A DNA stretch of 64,000 nt, taken from contig CP060764.1 in assembly GCA_023205875.1 (NCBI GenBank), forward strand, positions 558,001 to 622,000, given 5' to 3'. Positions 1-10,045 of the stretch are shown here, piece after piece. The position numbers and the translations under genes are program-made. How positions within the stretch are numbered: the stretch's first letter is position 1; every line of letters begins with the position of its first letter. Under the pieces are notes generated by a model. It did no database searches. It worked only from the letters and a program-made list of their open reading frames with translations, and was not told the origin of the DNA. Source of the stretch: Chloropicon primus (lineage: Eukaryota).

Positions 1-2229
1 CGCGCGAGTGACCAGTCTATAGATCATGACCTCCTTGGATTGCCCTAGCCTGTGAGCTCGGGCCTGAGCTTGAATGTCATTGTGGGGGTTCCAATCCGAG
101 TCGAAGATGATGACCGTGTCAGCAGTTGCGAGATTGATGCCCAGGCCACCGGCTTTCGTGGACAGGAGGAACACCGAATACTTTCCATCCTTGTCAGAGT
201 TGAAAGTGTCCACAGCTTTTTGCCTTTCCTTTCCTTTTACGCTGCCGTCCAAAAGCAGGGGCTCAATGCCCTTTATTTCCAACCACTCCTGCACCATGTC
301 AAGGACCAGCACAAACTGGGAGTAGATCAACACCCGGTGGCCACCCTTGAAGAGCTTCTCTAGCATCCTCTCCAGCAGCTCGAGTTTCCCCGACCTCTTG
401 GTGAAAGTCTCTATCCTCCTCTTCGACAGGGTGTTGAAGTTCTTCGTGATCAGAGACGGGTGCTGACAGCATTTTCGAAGGTCCATCAAAAGGTTCTTCA
501 GGCCGCTGACTTTGGTCTTACTCTTGCTTGACAGCAGCTGAAAGTTCTCCATCAAGAGGGCCTTGTACACATCCTTCTGCTCGTGGCTCATTTCAACCAG
601 AACGATCTGCTCCTTTTTCGGAGGAAGCTGCTTGAGGACGTCGCGTTTCATCCGCCGCAGGAGGTGAGGTTTCAGCAGCTTGTGGAGCTCCTCAATCTGA
701 TCCTCGGTGCTGATGTCCGAAAAATCCTCCAGGAACTCGTCCACCTGGTTGTAGCTGAACTTCTTCGGATCAATGAAGTGCATCAGCATGAACAGCTCCT
801 CAAGGTTGTTCTGCAGAGGCGTGCCGGTTAAAATCACCCTCTGCTCGCAACTGAACCTTGTCAGCGCCCCGAAGAGCTTTGAAGCCCTATTTTTCAGGCG
901 GTGCCCCTCATCTATGATCATGCTCCCGTATTCCAGCTTGCCTAGCTCGCTCCCGCCCTGAAGGACCATCTCGTACGTCGTCAAGATGAGATGAACCTTC
1001 ACCCGGCGGCTCAGGGGAACCTTCTTGCCAACCGCATGAGCGCTGGCGAATTCGTGCTTGTATATGACTTTCCTGTCTTCCGCGTTCCCCGAGTAATTCA
1101 CGACGTTCAAGTGAGGTGCCCACTGCTCGGCCTCCCTCTGCCAGTTCAAAATCGTTGACAGCGGCGCTACCACGAGGTGCGGCCTCGCGCACCCCCTTGA
1201 CACGAGAGAAGCCACCAGAGATAGCGCCTGCACCGTTTTGCCCAAACCCATTTCGTCGCCCAGTATCACGTTCTGCCCGGTCTGCCACGAGAACTCCAGC
1301 CAGTTCAGGCCCTCCAGCTGGTAAGCGTAGAGCTCGTTCTTGTCGTCCCCTATCTTCAGGAAATCTGGCGTGGCCTCGTATTTTTGGAACGCAGACCTCT
1401 TCTTGATCGACCCGAATTTGCACAAAGAGAACGGGTCCTTCTTCCTCGTTCCCAGAACCCCCTTCGCGAGCTCGTAAATCGGCTTTCTTTCCCTCCAAGC
1501 CTTCAAAGCAGCTTCGAAACCGACTCCTTTCTGCCGGCAAAACTCGACCTCCTCCCAGGTCGCTTCCCCGTAAGGGAGCCCCTTCCACTTGACGTAGAAC
1601 TGCTCCACCTCTGTGTTCTTGTTGAACTTTCTGCCGATCACCCTTTCGACCGTGATGAAGTCGGGGTCGAAACCCATCGCAAAGGCGCTGCCTGGGTCTT
1701 CGCCCTTTCCCTTTCCGTTCTTCTCCCGAAAGCTCTTCAGCTTGGACCTCAAGCTGATCTGCGCCCTCGAGTAACCCTCCTCTTTTCGAGCGCAGGCCCT
1801 CTCCACCTCCGCCTCCGGCTCCCACGTGGTGTGCAGGTACGACAGATCCTTCCATCGCACCTGAAGCTCCCTCTTGTACCCCCCGTCCTCCCCCTCCTGC
1901 GTCTGCCTCGAGCTCAGGATCTGCTGTATGTCCGTGTAGTCCGTTTCCTTTTCTCCCGAAGACTCTGTCGTCGTCGTGCCCAAGGACTCGCTCTCCGAAC
2001 TCGTGTAGTAGTCCTCCTCGTCCGAAGTCGGCAGCTCCGCGTAACCGCCTCTCCCCCTCCCCGAGGACGGAGACCCTCGCCTCCCTCCGCCTCGGGACGA
2101 GGACGCCCCCTTCCCACGAGCAGCAGAAGCCCGCGTCTTTCTCCCGGGGTTCACCCTCGAGTCACCGGACGAAGAATCCGACGTCGTGGAGCTCCCTCCG
2201 CCCCCTCGCTTCGACCTCCGCGTCCTCAT
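1..2229 (-). CDS. CHD-family (chromodomain-SNF2) chromatin remodeller; 3' part runs off the window
   Basis: Absent from the ORF track because the frame has no stop inside the window. Hand translation from ATG 2229 gives MRTRRSKRGG..., chromodomain-like segments (VRWKDLSYLHTTWE; FYVKWKGLPYGEATWE), Walker A ILGDEMGLGKTVQ (ATG of EMG at 1251, same frame), DEGHRLK and LTGTPLQNNLEELFMLMHF. Confidence 0.9.
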   Translation of the reverse strand, partial: MRTRRSKRGGGGSSTTSDSSSGDSRVNPGRKTRASAARGKGASSSRGGGRRGSPSSGRGRGGYAELPTSDEEDYYTSSESESLGTTTTESSGEKETDYTDIQQILSSRQTQEGEDGGYKRELQVRWKDLSYLHTTWEPEAEVERACARKEEGYSRAQISLRSKLKSFREKNGKGKGEDPGSAFAMGFDPDFITVERVIGRKFNKNTEVEQFYVKWKGLPYGEATWEEVEFCRQKGVGFEAALKAWRERKPIYELAKGVLGTRKKDPFSLCKFGSIKKRSAFQKYEATPDFLKIGDDKNELYAYQLEGLNWLEFSWQTGQNVILGDEMGLGKTVQALSLVASLVSRGCARPHLVVAPLSTILNWQREAEQWAPHLNVVNYSGNAEDRKVIYKHEFASAHAVGKKVPLSRRVKVHLILTTYEMVLQGGSELGKLEYGSMIIDEGHRLKNRASKLFGALTRFSCEQRVILTGTPLQNNLEELFMLMHFIDPKKFSYNQVDEFLEDFSDISTEDQIEELHKLLKPHLLRRMKRDVLKQLPPKKEQIVLVEMSHEQKDVYKALLMENFQLLSSKSKTKVSGLKNLLMDLRKCCQHPSLITKNFNTLSKRRIETFTKRSGKLELLERMLEKLFKGGHRVLIYSQFVLVLDMVQEWLEIKGIEPLLLDGSVKGKERQKAVDTFNSDKDGKYSVFLLSTKAGGLGINLATADTVIIFDSDWNPHNDIQAQARAHRLGQSKEVMIYRLVTRA

Positions 2230-2813
2230 GCTCCCACCCACCCCGCCAACCACACGCAACACGCTCTCTCCCGAACACACCCCAAGGCCTTCTTTTCCAC
2301 ACTCGCCACAAAACAACCTCTCGCTCGCTCACGCGTGAACGAGGTCAAGCTTGGCGTGAACCCTCCCCACTCGTGACCTCCCTCGTGTCGCCCTTGCCTT
2401 CCCCTTCGCCTCCCTCCCCTCCTCTCGTCGTCGCTCTCTCTCTCTCGTCACTCTCTCTCACTCTCTCTGCCAATTGGCGGGAATGTGAATCCCAAGGAGA
2501 TCTCCTCCAGGGAGGGAAGGATTGATTGACAATGGGGGACTTGGCTTGATGGAGGGGTGGAAGGAGCAAAGGGGGTTGCATTCGGGTCTTGGAGCTCCCT
2601 CCCTCAGCAACAATGGCGTGCATGCATTCTCGATGGGGCACAGAGAGAGAGAGAGAGAGGCTGCTCGTACAAAGGAGTGCAGAAAGAAACATGAAATATT
2701 TACAAGAATTGTGATCCGGGACTTGCTGCTGTTGTCGCCGCTCACGACACGATGGCGAGCAGGATTTGGAATGTGGGGTTTGGCCGACCCCCCGTTCCGG
2801 TCCAACCGAAAGC

Positions 2814-5123
2814 TCAAGGCCACTCGATCTTGTCCAGGTCCTCTGCCGTTGGGTTCTCCTTGGGCGATTCCCTCGGGTTCTTGCCGCTCGACCCCACCCC
2901 GCGAGGCTTGTAGACGGCCCTGGGGACCTTGGCGCCCGCACCCTGCGCGCTGCTCGGCTGCTGCCCCTTGACGGCCTGTGCAGCCCCCGATCGACCCGCC
3001 GGCCTCCTGCCCCTGTAGGCCCCCCCCCCGGAGGACATGCCGCCGGCGCCCGAGTCGTGCGCCATGACGATGACCTCGGGCCTCTTGTTGTTGTGGCTTT
3101 TGCAGCACCTCCTGAGCTCCTCCGAGACGACTTTTTCGATCTCGTTTAGGGACGAGTTCAGCGGCAGGTCCTTCAAGCGAGTCTTCACGAACCGGTTCAT
3201 CTCGGAGATGAGCCTTCCCTCGTCGATCCACATGGCCCTCGCCGTTATCCTCAGGTTGACCTGGATGCCGGTCGGGACCTTCTCCCTCGCCTTCGCCTTA
3301 GTCTTCGATGCCAGCCTGTTCATCACCTCGACGTTGGTGAACACGATGCCCTCCTGGGCGATCTTCATCCTCTCGTACAGCTGCATTTGGTCCGAGGTGC
3401 CCGTCCCCTTGCCCCCGTCGTTGTAGAAGCTGAAGAGCTTGACGTTACCGACGACCTTGGCGAGGGAGGACAGCTCCCCGACCTGGCTCGCGCTTCTCTT
3501 GGCCCCAAACCCGATCATCTGGCCATTCCTGATGACGTTGGTGTTCTTAATCCCGCAGTGCTGCTCCGCCATTGCGGCGTGGGCCTGGAGGAAGGCGTAC
3601 TCCCCGTGCACGGGAAGGAAGTTGTCCGGGTTGACCATCTTCAGCACCTCCTTCTGCTCCTCCTGGTACGCGTGCCCACTCGTGTGGAGGTTCTCGTCCC
3701 GGCCCATCGCGATCTCGCACCCGTAGCCGGCGAGGGAGTTCATCATCTTCATCACCCTGGACTCGTTGCCGGGGATGACCTTGGCGGAGTAAAGGATGAG
3801 GTCGTCCGGCTGGATCTTCAAAAATGGGCTCGCCCCGAAGGCGGCGAGGTTCAGCGCCGCCCTGGGCTCCGCCTGAGACCCCGTCGTGACGATGACGAGC
3901 TTGTTCGCGTCGTACCCATCGATGGCCTCCTCGATGTCGAGGAGCTCCGCCGGGTCGAAGGGAGCCCTCCCGGCCCTGTGGGCGGCGTCCAGGTACTGGG
4001 CGAGCGAGGGCCCCGCGAACGCGAGCTTCCTCCCGCAGGCGTCCGCGGCCTTCTTGAGGAGCCCGAGCCTGTTGATGTTGGAGGCGAACTGGGTGGCGAT
4101 GATCCTCCCCTTCCCGTGGTGCCCCGCCATCCGGTTGGCCAGGGCCAGGCCCACGTCGGACTCGCTCGTCGTCCTGCCCGGCGCCAGGACGTTCGTGGAG
4201 TCGCTCATCAGCAGGGTGGCGCCCTCCTGGCCGATCCTCTCCAGGGTCGTCCTGTCGAAGGCGTCCCCGTCCAGGTCCTCGGGCTTCTCCTCTATCCGCC
4301 AGTCCCCGGTGTGCACGATGTTGCCGCTCTCGGACCTGAAGATGCAGCCTATGCAGTCCGGGATGCTGTGCGTCACCCGGAAGCTCTCGAACTCGAACGG
4401 CCCAGTCTGAAACCTCTGCCCGACCTCGAACGTCTTGAACCTCGACGTGTTCCACAAGTTGTACTCCTTCATCCTCCTCTCGATCAGGTTCATCACGAAC
4501 TTGGTGGCGTACACCGGCGTGCTCGGGTCCAGCCCCGGCAGAACCCAAGCCAGCGCCCCGATGTGGTCCTCGTGGCCGTGCGTGATGATCACGCACTCGA
4601 TGAGATCCTTCCACTGGTGGAGGAAGCTCGTGTCGGGCAAAACTTTTTGCATCCCTATCTCGGCAAAGTCAGGGAACATGAGGCCCGCGTCCAGCATGAT
4701 GTACCTGTCCTTGTGCCCCACCAGCATGCAGTTCATCCCAATTTCCCCGAGGCCTCCTATGGGGAGAATCCTGAGGGGCGGGCCCTGGCCCTTGGGCGGC
4801 CCGGGGAAGGGACGGTTTCCACGGGACTTGAGACTCGACCCGAGGTGGCTCACCCCGTCGCTAGACTTCCTCAGTCGAAGCCGCTTCTTCAGGAACGGGC
4901 TCTTCTGGCCCCCGCCCCCCCCGCCCCTGCCCCTCCTCTGGCCGGCCTTCACGGCGACGTCCCTGCCTTCGCCAAAACTCCAGCGTGACGAGGCCACCGT
5001 GGCAGCGCGACGACGACCACGACGAAAACGACCACGACTAGAGCATGACGACGACGACGTCGTGGCGGACGACCTCGTCGCCTTGGGCGCCACCGTGGCA
5101 GCACCCGTCCCGCTCGCCCTCAT
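2814..5123 (-). CDS. RNJ: Ribonuclease J (metallo-beta-lactamase/beta-CASP), plastid-type
   Basis: PIGGLGEIGMNC, ITHGHEDHIGAL, HSIPD, HTGDW, HTSGHA and PVHGE motifs; Ser/Arg-rich N-terminal transit peptide from ATG 5123. Confidence 0.93.
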   Translation of the reverse strand: MRASGTGAATVAPKATRSSATTSSSSCSSRGRFRRGRRRAATVASSRWSFGEGRDVAVKAGQRRGRGGGGGGQKSPFLKKRLRLRKSSDGVSHLGSSLKSRGNRPFPGPPKGQGPPLRILPIGGLGEIGMNCMLVGHKDRYIMLDAGLMFPDFAEIGMQKVLPDTSFLHQWKDLIECVIITHGHEDHIGALAWVLPGLDPSTPVYATKFVMNLIERRMKEYNLWNTSRFKTFEVGQRFQTGPFEFESFRVTHSIPDCIGCIFRSESGNIVHTGDWRIEEKPEDLDGDAFDRTTLERIGQEGATLLMSDSTNVLAPGRTTSESDVGLALANRMAGHHGKGRIIATQFASNINRLGLLKKAADACGRKLAFAGPSLAQYLDAAHRAGRAPFDPAELLDIEEAIDGYDANKLVIVTTGSQAEPRAALNLAAFGASPFLKIQPDDLILYSAKVIPGNESRVMKMMNSLAGYGCEIAMGRDENLHTSGHAYQEEQKEVLKMVNPDNFLPVHGEYAFLQAHAAMAEQHCGIKNTNVIRNGQMIGFGAKRSASQVGELSSLAKVVGNVKLFSFYNDGGKGTGTSDQMQLYERMKIAQEGIVFTNVEVMNRLASKTKAKAREKVPTGIQVNLRITARAMWIDEGRLISEMNRFVKTRLKDLPLNSSLNEIEKVVSEELRRCCKSHNNKRPEVIVMAHDSGAGGMSSGGGAYRGRRPAGRSGAAQAVKGQQPSSAQGAGAKVPRAVYKPRGVGSSGKNPRESPKENPTAEDLDKIEWP

Positions 5124-5771
5124 CACCGGATGCCTCAATTCAACCAACACGAAGCTCCTGGCGTCCCCCACTCGAGTCGAGCAGAGCAAAAACCAACAAC
5201 AAAAAAGAAAAAAAGGTGATTTCCTTGTTCACGCGATGAACTCCGAAAAGAACTCGGTCTTCTTCCGCCGACGTCGCACCCGTCAAGCGATAGATGCAAA
5301 CGAGCGAGTGATCGACGAACACAAGCGCTTATTGATAAGATAAGATAAGGTAAGACAACCGAACAAACCGAAACAAGAGTCGTGGCCAACGCCAACGCCC
5401 AACTCTCTCTCTCTCTCTCGCCGTTCTATCCAGAACTTTTTTCACTTTTGGGTACACTGAATGAACGACCGATTTGTACACCTAATGAATGACTCTTGAT
5501 GGATAATTTTGAGAATTATGATGGGACCCTTTTGAGTTTTTGGGACTTGTAACGCCATGGTAACGCTTCCTCCGCGTCGTTGTTGTTCTCCTCCTCCTCG
5601 TTCTGCTTCCTCTCCTTCGTTGGCAGAAGGGAGGAAGGGATCGGCGACGAGGAAGGTTTCGTCATCATCGGGTTCGTGCTCTTTCTCTATCCTATTTCTT
5701 TTTTATATATAGATCGGCTTCGTGTGCTCGCACGCCCTCACACACACACACAGAGAGAGGGAGGGAGGGAG

Positions 5772-6485
5772 ATGGCGTCGATCTTGTACGTGCAGGAGAT
5801 CAAGGGGTTGCTGGGCGGGGCGGGGCTACACACGCACGCCGGACAGTTCGGGAACCCGAGCCTCGAGGACGTGTGCGATGCGGTGGACGAGCTCCGCCGG
5901 AAGATCAGGGGGGAGGCCGGAGAACGGAAGACCCAGGCGACGACGACGCAGAGGAGCTGGGGGTCCCTGCCGCCGAAGAAGAGGAGGATGTTCGGGTCGA
6001 ACGGGGATGCCGGCGCCAACCGGGAGAACCAGGAGCCCAACCGCCCCGCGCCGAGACCCGCGAAGACGTCGCCGACGGTCTCCAAGTGGACGGACGAGGA
6101 GGACGACGTCATCATCGAGACGTACAAGGCCCTGTTCTCGCGCGAGAGGAAGGGCATGTGGCACAAGATCGTGGCCCGTCTCCCCGGGAGGACCCTGCAC
6201 GGGTTGAAGAAGAGGTGGCAGGAGGCGAAGCACCGGCCGTCCTCCAAGCTCGGGGCCTTTCAGGCGACCCTCGGCGACGCGATCTCTTGGAAGTGGAGCA
6301 GGAAGGAGGACGAGCGCCTCATCGCCGCGCACAAGGCCGTGGGGGAGTACCACGGCTCGTGGACTGAGATCGCGAGCTGGTTTCCGGGACGGACCAAGAA
6401 GGCCGTCAAGCTTCACTGGGACCACGCGCTGCAGTTCAACGCGGGCAGCGCCCTCCGAGCGTATCGGCTCTCCTTGCTGCAATGA
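5772..6485 (+). CDS. Myb/SANT two-repeat DNA-binding protein
   Basis: KWTDEEDDVII...WHKIVARLPGRT..LKKRW and KWSRKEDERLI...WTEIASWFPGRTKKAVKLHW; basic NLS-like PPKKRR. Confidence 0.8.
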   Translation: MASILYVQEIKGLLGGAGLHTHAGQFGNPSLEDVCDAVDELRRKIRGEAGERKTQATTTQRSWGSLPPKKRRMFGSNGDAGANRENQEPNRPAPRPAKTSPTVSKWTDEEDDVIIETYKALFSRERKGMWHKIVARLPGRTLHGLKKRWQEAKHRPSSKLGAFQATLGDAISWKWSRKEDERLIAAHKAVGEYHGSWTEIASWFPGRTKKAVKLHWDHALQFNAGSALRAYRLSLLQ

Positions 6486-6613
6486 ACCAAGCACATACAC
6501 CATTTTACTTTACAACACCACTAAAACTCGGGCGGCCGCCGTCGGCACCGCTGCAACAGGCGCCACGCGCCGATCTTTTAATGTACAAAAGCGAACCAGC
6601 CGGGGACCTTCAT

Positions 6614-7173
6614 TCATTCCCCCGAAACCGCCTGCGCCCCTCCCAAGGTCACGTCCAGCTTCTCGGCGAGGGTGGCGATCCAGGACTGGTCTATCTTCGT
6701 GAACCCCCTTTGCGTGTCACTGCAGACCAGCATGACGCCGTCGTCACCCAGGGGCTGCATGATCAGAGCCTGCACTGTGTCTGGCAGGTAAGTGAACTCG
6801 ATTCTTCCCGGATACACACGCAAGTTTGGTATGTAATTGCCCTTGTCCTTGTCGATCATGGTGCTGCACATGGGCCCCATCTCGGCCCCCTCGCCGCATG
6901 CGTTCGAGGTGTCCGCGAAGCCGAGGTGAGAGACGCACTTTCCCTTGTAGAACACGACCAGGCTGCACGCCGGCGTCGAAGCCTTCAGGGAGTCGTAGCA
7001 CCACTGGATCTCCTCGGCGGCGTCTTCCTCGAGGGCCTCGGAGAAAAACTCGACGAGGGAGCCGCCCTGGTCGACTTTGGGGTACGTCCTGGCCTTGATT
7101 GAGCTCCACTGCAGTCCTGGAAGGAAAGGGGAGCGAGGCGAGCACGTTTTAGCACACGAATCCATGGATTGTT

Positions 7174-7211
<38 letters not shown>

Positions 7212-7739
7212 AGTATTGATTGAAGGGGGGGTAGACCGAACTCACCTGTGAGGACGCAAGCGGCAGAGAGCACGATCCCGATGACATCGGCACGAGACTG
7301 GGAGCTTCCAGCGTCGGAGACTGGCGCGACCCCCGAAAGGACCCTGTTCAACAGGATGCTCGATATTCCGGCCTTATCCCGCGTCATGGGCCGAGGGGAA
7401 AGAAAAAAGTCAGTCGTGGCTCGAGTTAGTCCAACGAGCAACCCAAAGGTTTTCTCGCCGCAGGAGACCAAGGGAAGAGGAAGGACGGAGTCACGAGGGA
7501 CACCAGAAGCACGGAAGGGGAAGGAGGCGACCCTCACTCACCGTTCCGATCCAGAGGGGAACCTTCTTCAACACCTCGGTCGTGAAGTCTCCCGACGACT
7601 TGGTCGCGCGCGTCGTTCTCGCAGATCCGCGGTTGCCTTGCTCGCGCCGAGGACACCGGAGCGGCGGCGACGCGGGCGAGGCTCGCGGCTCCCCTCTCCC
7701 CCGGCGCCCCCTGCACCGAGAACGCACCACTCTCGCCAT
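6614..7739 (-). CDS. CCB4: Cofactor assembly of complex C subunit B (CCB2/CCB4 family), 3 exons: 7739-7542, 7372-7246, 7116-6614
   Basis: LLNRVLSGVAPVSDAGSSQSRAD, TGLQWSSIK, PNLRVYPGRIEF and DTQRGFTKIDQSW resemble plant CCB4. Introns 7541-7373 (GTGAGT...AG, CTGAC branch site) and 7245-7117 (GTGAGT...CCAG) join in frame. Confidence 0.82.
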
Positions 7740-7809
7740 CCTTCCAGACACAGAGACAGGGACAGACAGAAGGGAGCCAAGCTTGTTAAATTATAGATCA
7801 TCAGATTAT

Positions 7810-9582
7810 TTACACGAGGTTCCCCTGGCAGGAGAGGCCAGAGCAGGGCTGGAAGGGATTGGTGTCGGGCACGATGGCGACCTGTGTATTGACGGTGAGG
7901 GTGGTGTCAACGATCAGGACGTCCCTGTGGCCAGGGAACTCGAATTGGATGTAGAACCCGGCCCAACCACCCTCCGCAGGAGGCTTCATGCTGGCGCTGT
8001 ACGTCACGGTGTCCTGCGTCTCGGCCACTGGTTGGATCTCGTCGTCCAGCCACACCAGCTGGATGGGGCAGACGCTCGAGCCGTAAAATTCGAGGCGGGG
8101 CAGGGCGCAGTCCTGGTCCAGGTTGAACCACCTGAAGTCCTTCCGCCCAGACTTGGGATCCGTGTGGGAGTGTCGAAGGTGGACCGATTTTGGCTTGGAC
8201 TTGTACGCTCCGGACAAGTCCAGGGTCACGTTGATGGTCGCGACCTGGGCCATGCCCTCGCCCTCCGAGGAGAGTGTCCAGCTCAACTCCGGGAGGACGG
8301 GCGCCTGCTTCTTCTGGCGCGCGACGTTGAGGGTGTGCACCCAAGAGATCAGGGAGGGGACGATTTTCGTCAAGCCCGTGACCTCGATGTGGTCGGCGTT
8401 CGGTGCCCTGAGCATCAGTTTCGGGCCCGGCATCTCGTCCCACCACAAGTGGTCATCCGTCACCTGGAAGAATTCGTCCCCAGTCGCCGAAATCACGAGC
8501 TTTGGGAGCTCGGCGTAGCGGTCCTTGTAGACGAAAGGGTCCATCAGAGCGAAGAACGCATCCATCTCGGGCGTGTCCATCCAACCCATAAGGCCCTCGT
8601 TATAGTAGTCCTTCGCGATGAAGGACATGCCGCCATAGTTCTTCCACCACATGTGGAAGCCATCAGACATCTTGAGCAAGTCGAACACCACTGGGGCAAC
8701 GCCGATGACTCTCTTGTCCACCGCTGCCGTGAGCCAAGAGGCCCAGCCCCTCTTGCTCGCACCGAAGATCACCCACCCCTGAGGGACGTTCTGCTTCATG
8801 CCGCAGTGCTCGCAAGTTGCAAGGAACTCCTGCGTCGCATCCATTGCCCTGACCACGGCTTTCGTGATGGGCACTTGCGAGGGCCACCGGAAGGCTCTGT
8901 CGTTTGGATCCCCGGCGTGCTTGGTGTCGAGGTACCTGCGCCAAGCGTACGCCACCAGGGTGTCCTCCGTCATGTTCACATTCAGAGGGTTTGGGTCGTT
9001 GGGGAACGTGCAGGGCATGTTCGGCGTCTGGAAGAGGGCTACTACGACCTGCTTCGTCGTGACCGCCAGAGTGGAGACCAACAACAGGTCACTCCCGGTT
9101 GGTCCATCTCCGGCGAGTACTATTGGGTCCTCCCCTTGGGTCGGCCAAAGCATCGCCGTGTCTATCGTTCTGTCAAGGTCGTGAGGGACGATGACAATCA
9201 GGTCGTGCTGCCACAGACCGCAAGAACCCGCCTCATCCTCCGTCAGCCATTGTTGGGACGTCAGATTCAAAGAGTACGCCGTGTAGCTCCCAATCAACGG
9301 CACGTGTTTCTCGTAACTCGTGTTGTAGACCCACTTGTACTCTGGCGTCGGCAAAGCCATGTACCTGTCCAGGTCCGTGGACCCATCCTCTGACGGGTGC
9401 ACCCTAAGGTTACGGTTCAAGTCCAAACCTTGGCCACTCCCGGATAATGGAGAAGTGTCGTCCTCCGCCTTGGACAAAAATGGCGTCCGTCTAAGCGCTG
9501 CTGCTCCCACCAGGAGCTGGGCAAGCGTCACCGCCACCAGCACCGCTGCCCGAAGGATCCAAGTTCCCGTATTTGTCCCCAT
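7810..9582 (-). CDS. Secreted PqaA/AprA-family (PhoPQ-activated pathogenicity-related) alpha/beta-hydrolase-like protein, copy 1
   Basis: Signal peptide (WILRAAVLVAVTLAQLLVGAAA); LTSQQWL, KAVVRAMD, GASKRGW, ATGDEFF and NADH motifs. Confidence 0.85.
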   Translation of the reverse strand: MGTNTGTWILRAAVLVAVTLAQLLVGAAALRRTPFLSKAEDDTSPLSGSGQGLDLNRNLRVHPSEDGSTDLDRYMALPTPEYKWVYNTSYEKHVPLIGSYTAYSLNLTSQQWLTEDEAGSCGLWQHDLIVIVPHDLDRTIDTAMLWPTQGEDPIVLAGDGPTGSDLLLVSTLAVTTKQVVVALFQTPNMPCTFPNDPNPLNVNMTEDTLVAYAWRRYLDTKHAGDPNDRAFRWPSQVPITKAVVRAMDATQEFLATCEHCGMKQNVPQGWVIFGASKRGWASWLTAAVDKRVIGVAPVVFDLLKMSDGFHMWWKNYGGMSFIAKDYYNEGLMGWMDTPEMDAFFALMDPFVYKDRYAELPKLVISATGDEFFQVTDDHLWWDEMPGPKLMLRAPNADHIEVTGLTKIVPSLISWVHTLNVARQKKQAPVLPELSWTLSSEGEGMAQVATINVTLDLSGAYKSKPKSVHLRHSHTDPKSGRKDFRWFNLDQDCALPRLEFYGSSVCPIQLVWLDDEIQPVAETQDTVTYSASMKPPAEGGWAGFYIQFEFPGHRDVLIVDTTLTVNTQVAIVPDTNPFQPCSGLSCQGNLV

Positions 9583-9876
9583 ACCCAACACAACAACACA
9601 AAGGCACGCCAAGGACCTTGGACACTGTCCCCTCCCGCCCAAAGGCACTTGCCAGAATTTACCTTCCCTCGTGGTTTGGCGGCTCGATGGTGTGAGAGGG
9701 GGGGCGCACGTGAGCACCACGTGGAAGCCAGCAGGCAGCAGAGGAAGAAGAGATGGAGGGAATGCCCACCCCATCTTGGGGCTTGCTTCTTCCTTGTGGG
9801 CCTCCCCTGCCCCTGATTGGCGCTGGTGCAGGGATACCAAGGAAAGGGTGATGGTGATGACCACTTGGCGCTGGTG

Positions 9877-9912
<36 letters not shown>

Positions 9913-10045
9913 ACGGACCACCGAGCAGAGGACGGGTTGGCTTGGCCAAGGAAGGCCTCACCTGGCAGACAAATGTGCTTGGAATCAGCCCTTGTGGAAT
10001 CATCGATCAAAAGCACTTTATTATAACTATAGTCACAGCAAACTT

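Noticed and set aside
908..2376. Track ORFs 908-1855 (-) and 1384-2376 (+)
   Set aside because: Alternative frames over the CHD gene, whose true frame is open to the window edge and so is missing from the track
3387..4988. Long antisense ORFs (also 7582-9393, 10646-11887, 12392-14005, 14336-15868, 17348-18961, 32058-33458, 38157-39620, 57398-58663)
   Set aside because: Shadow ORFs opposite well-supported genes, expected from strong GC3 codon bias; no recognisable motifs
9879..9910. (AG)n and other intergenic microsatellites (e.g. 23203-23224, 36182-36210)
   Set aside because: Simple repeats recurring throughout the intergenic DNA; no specific function evident
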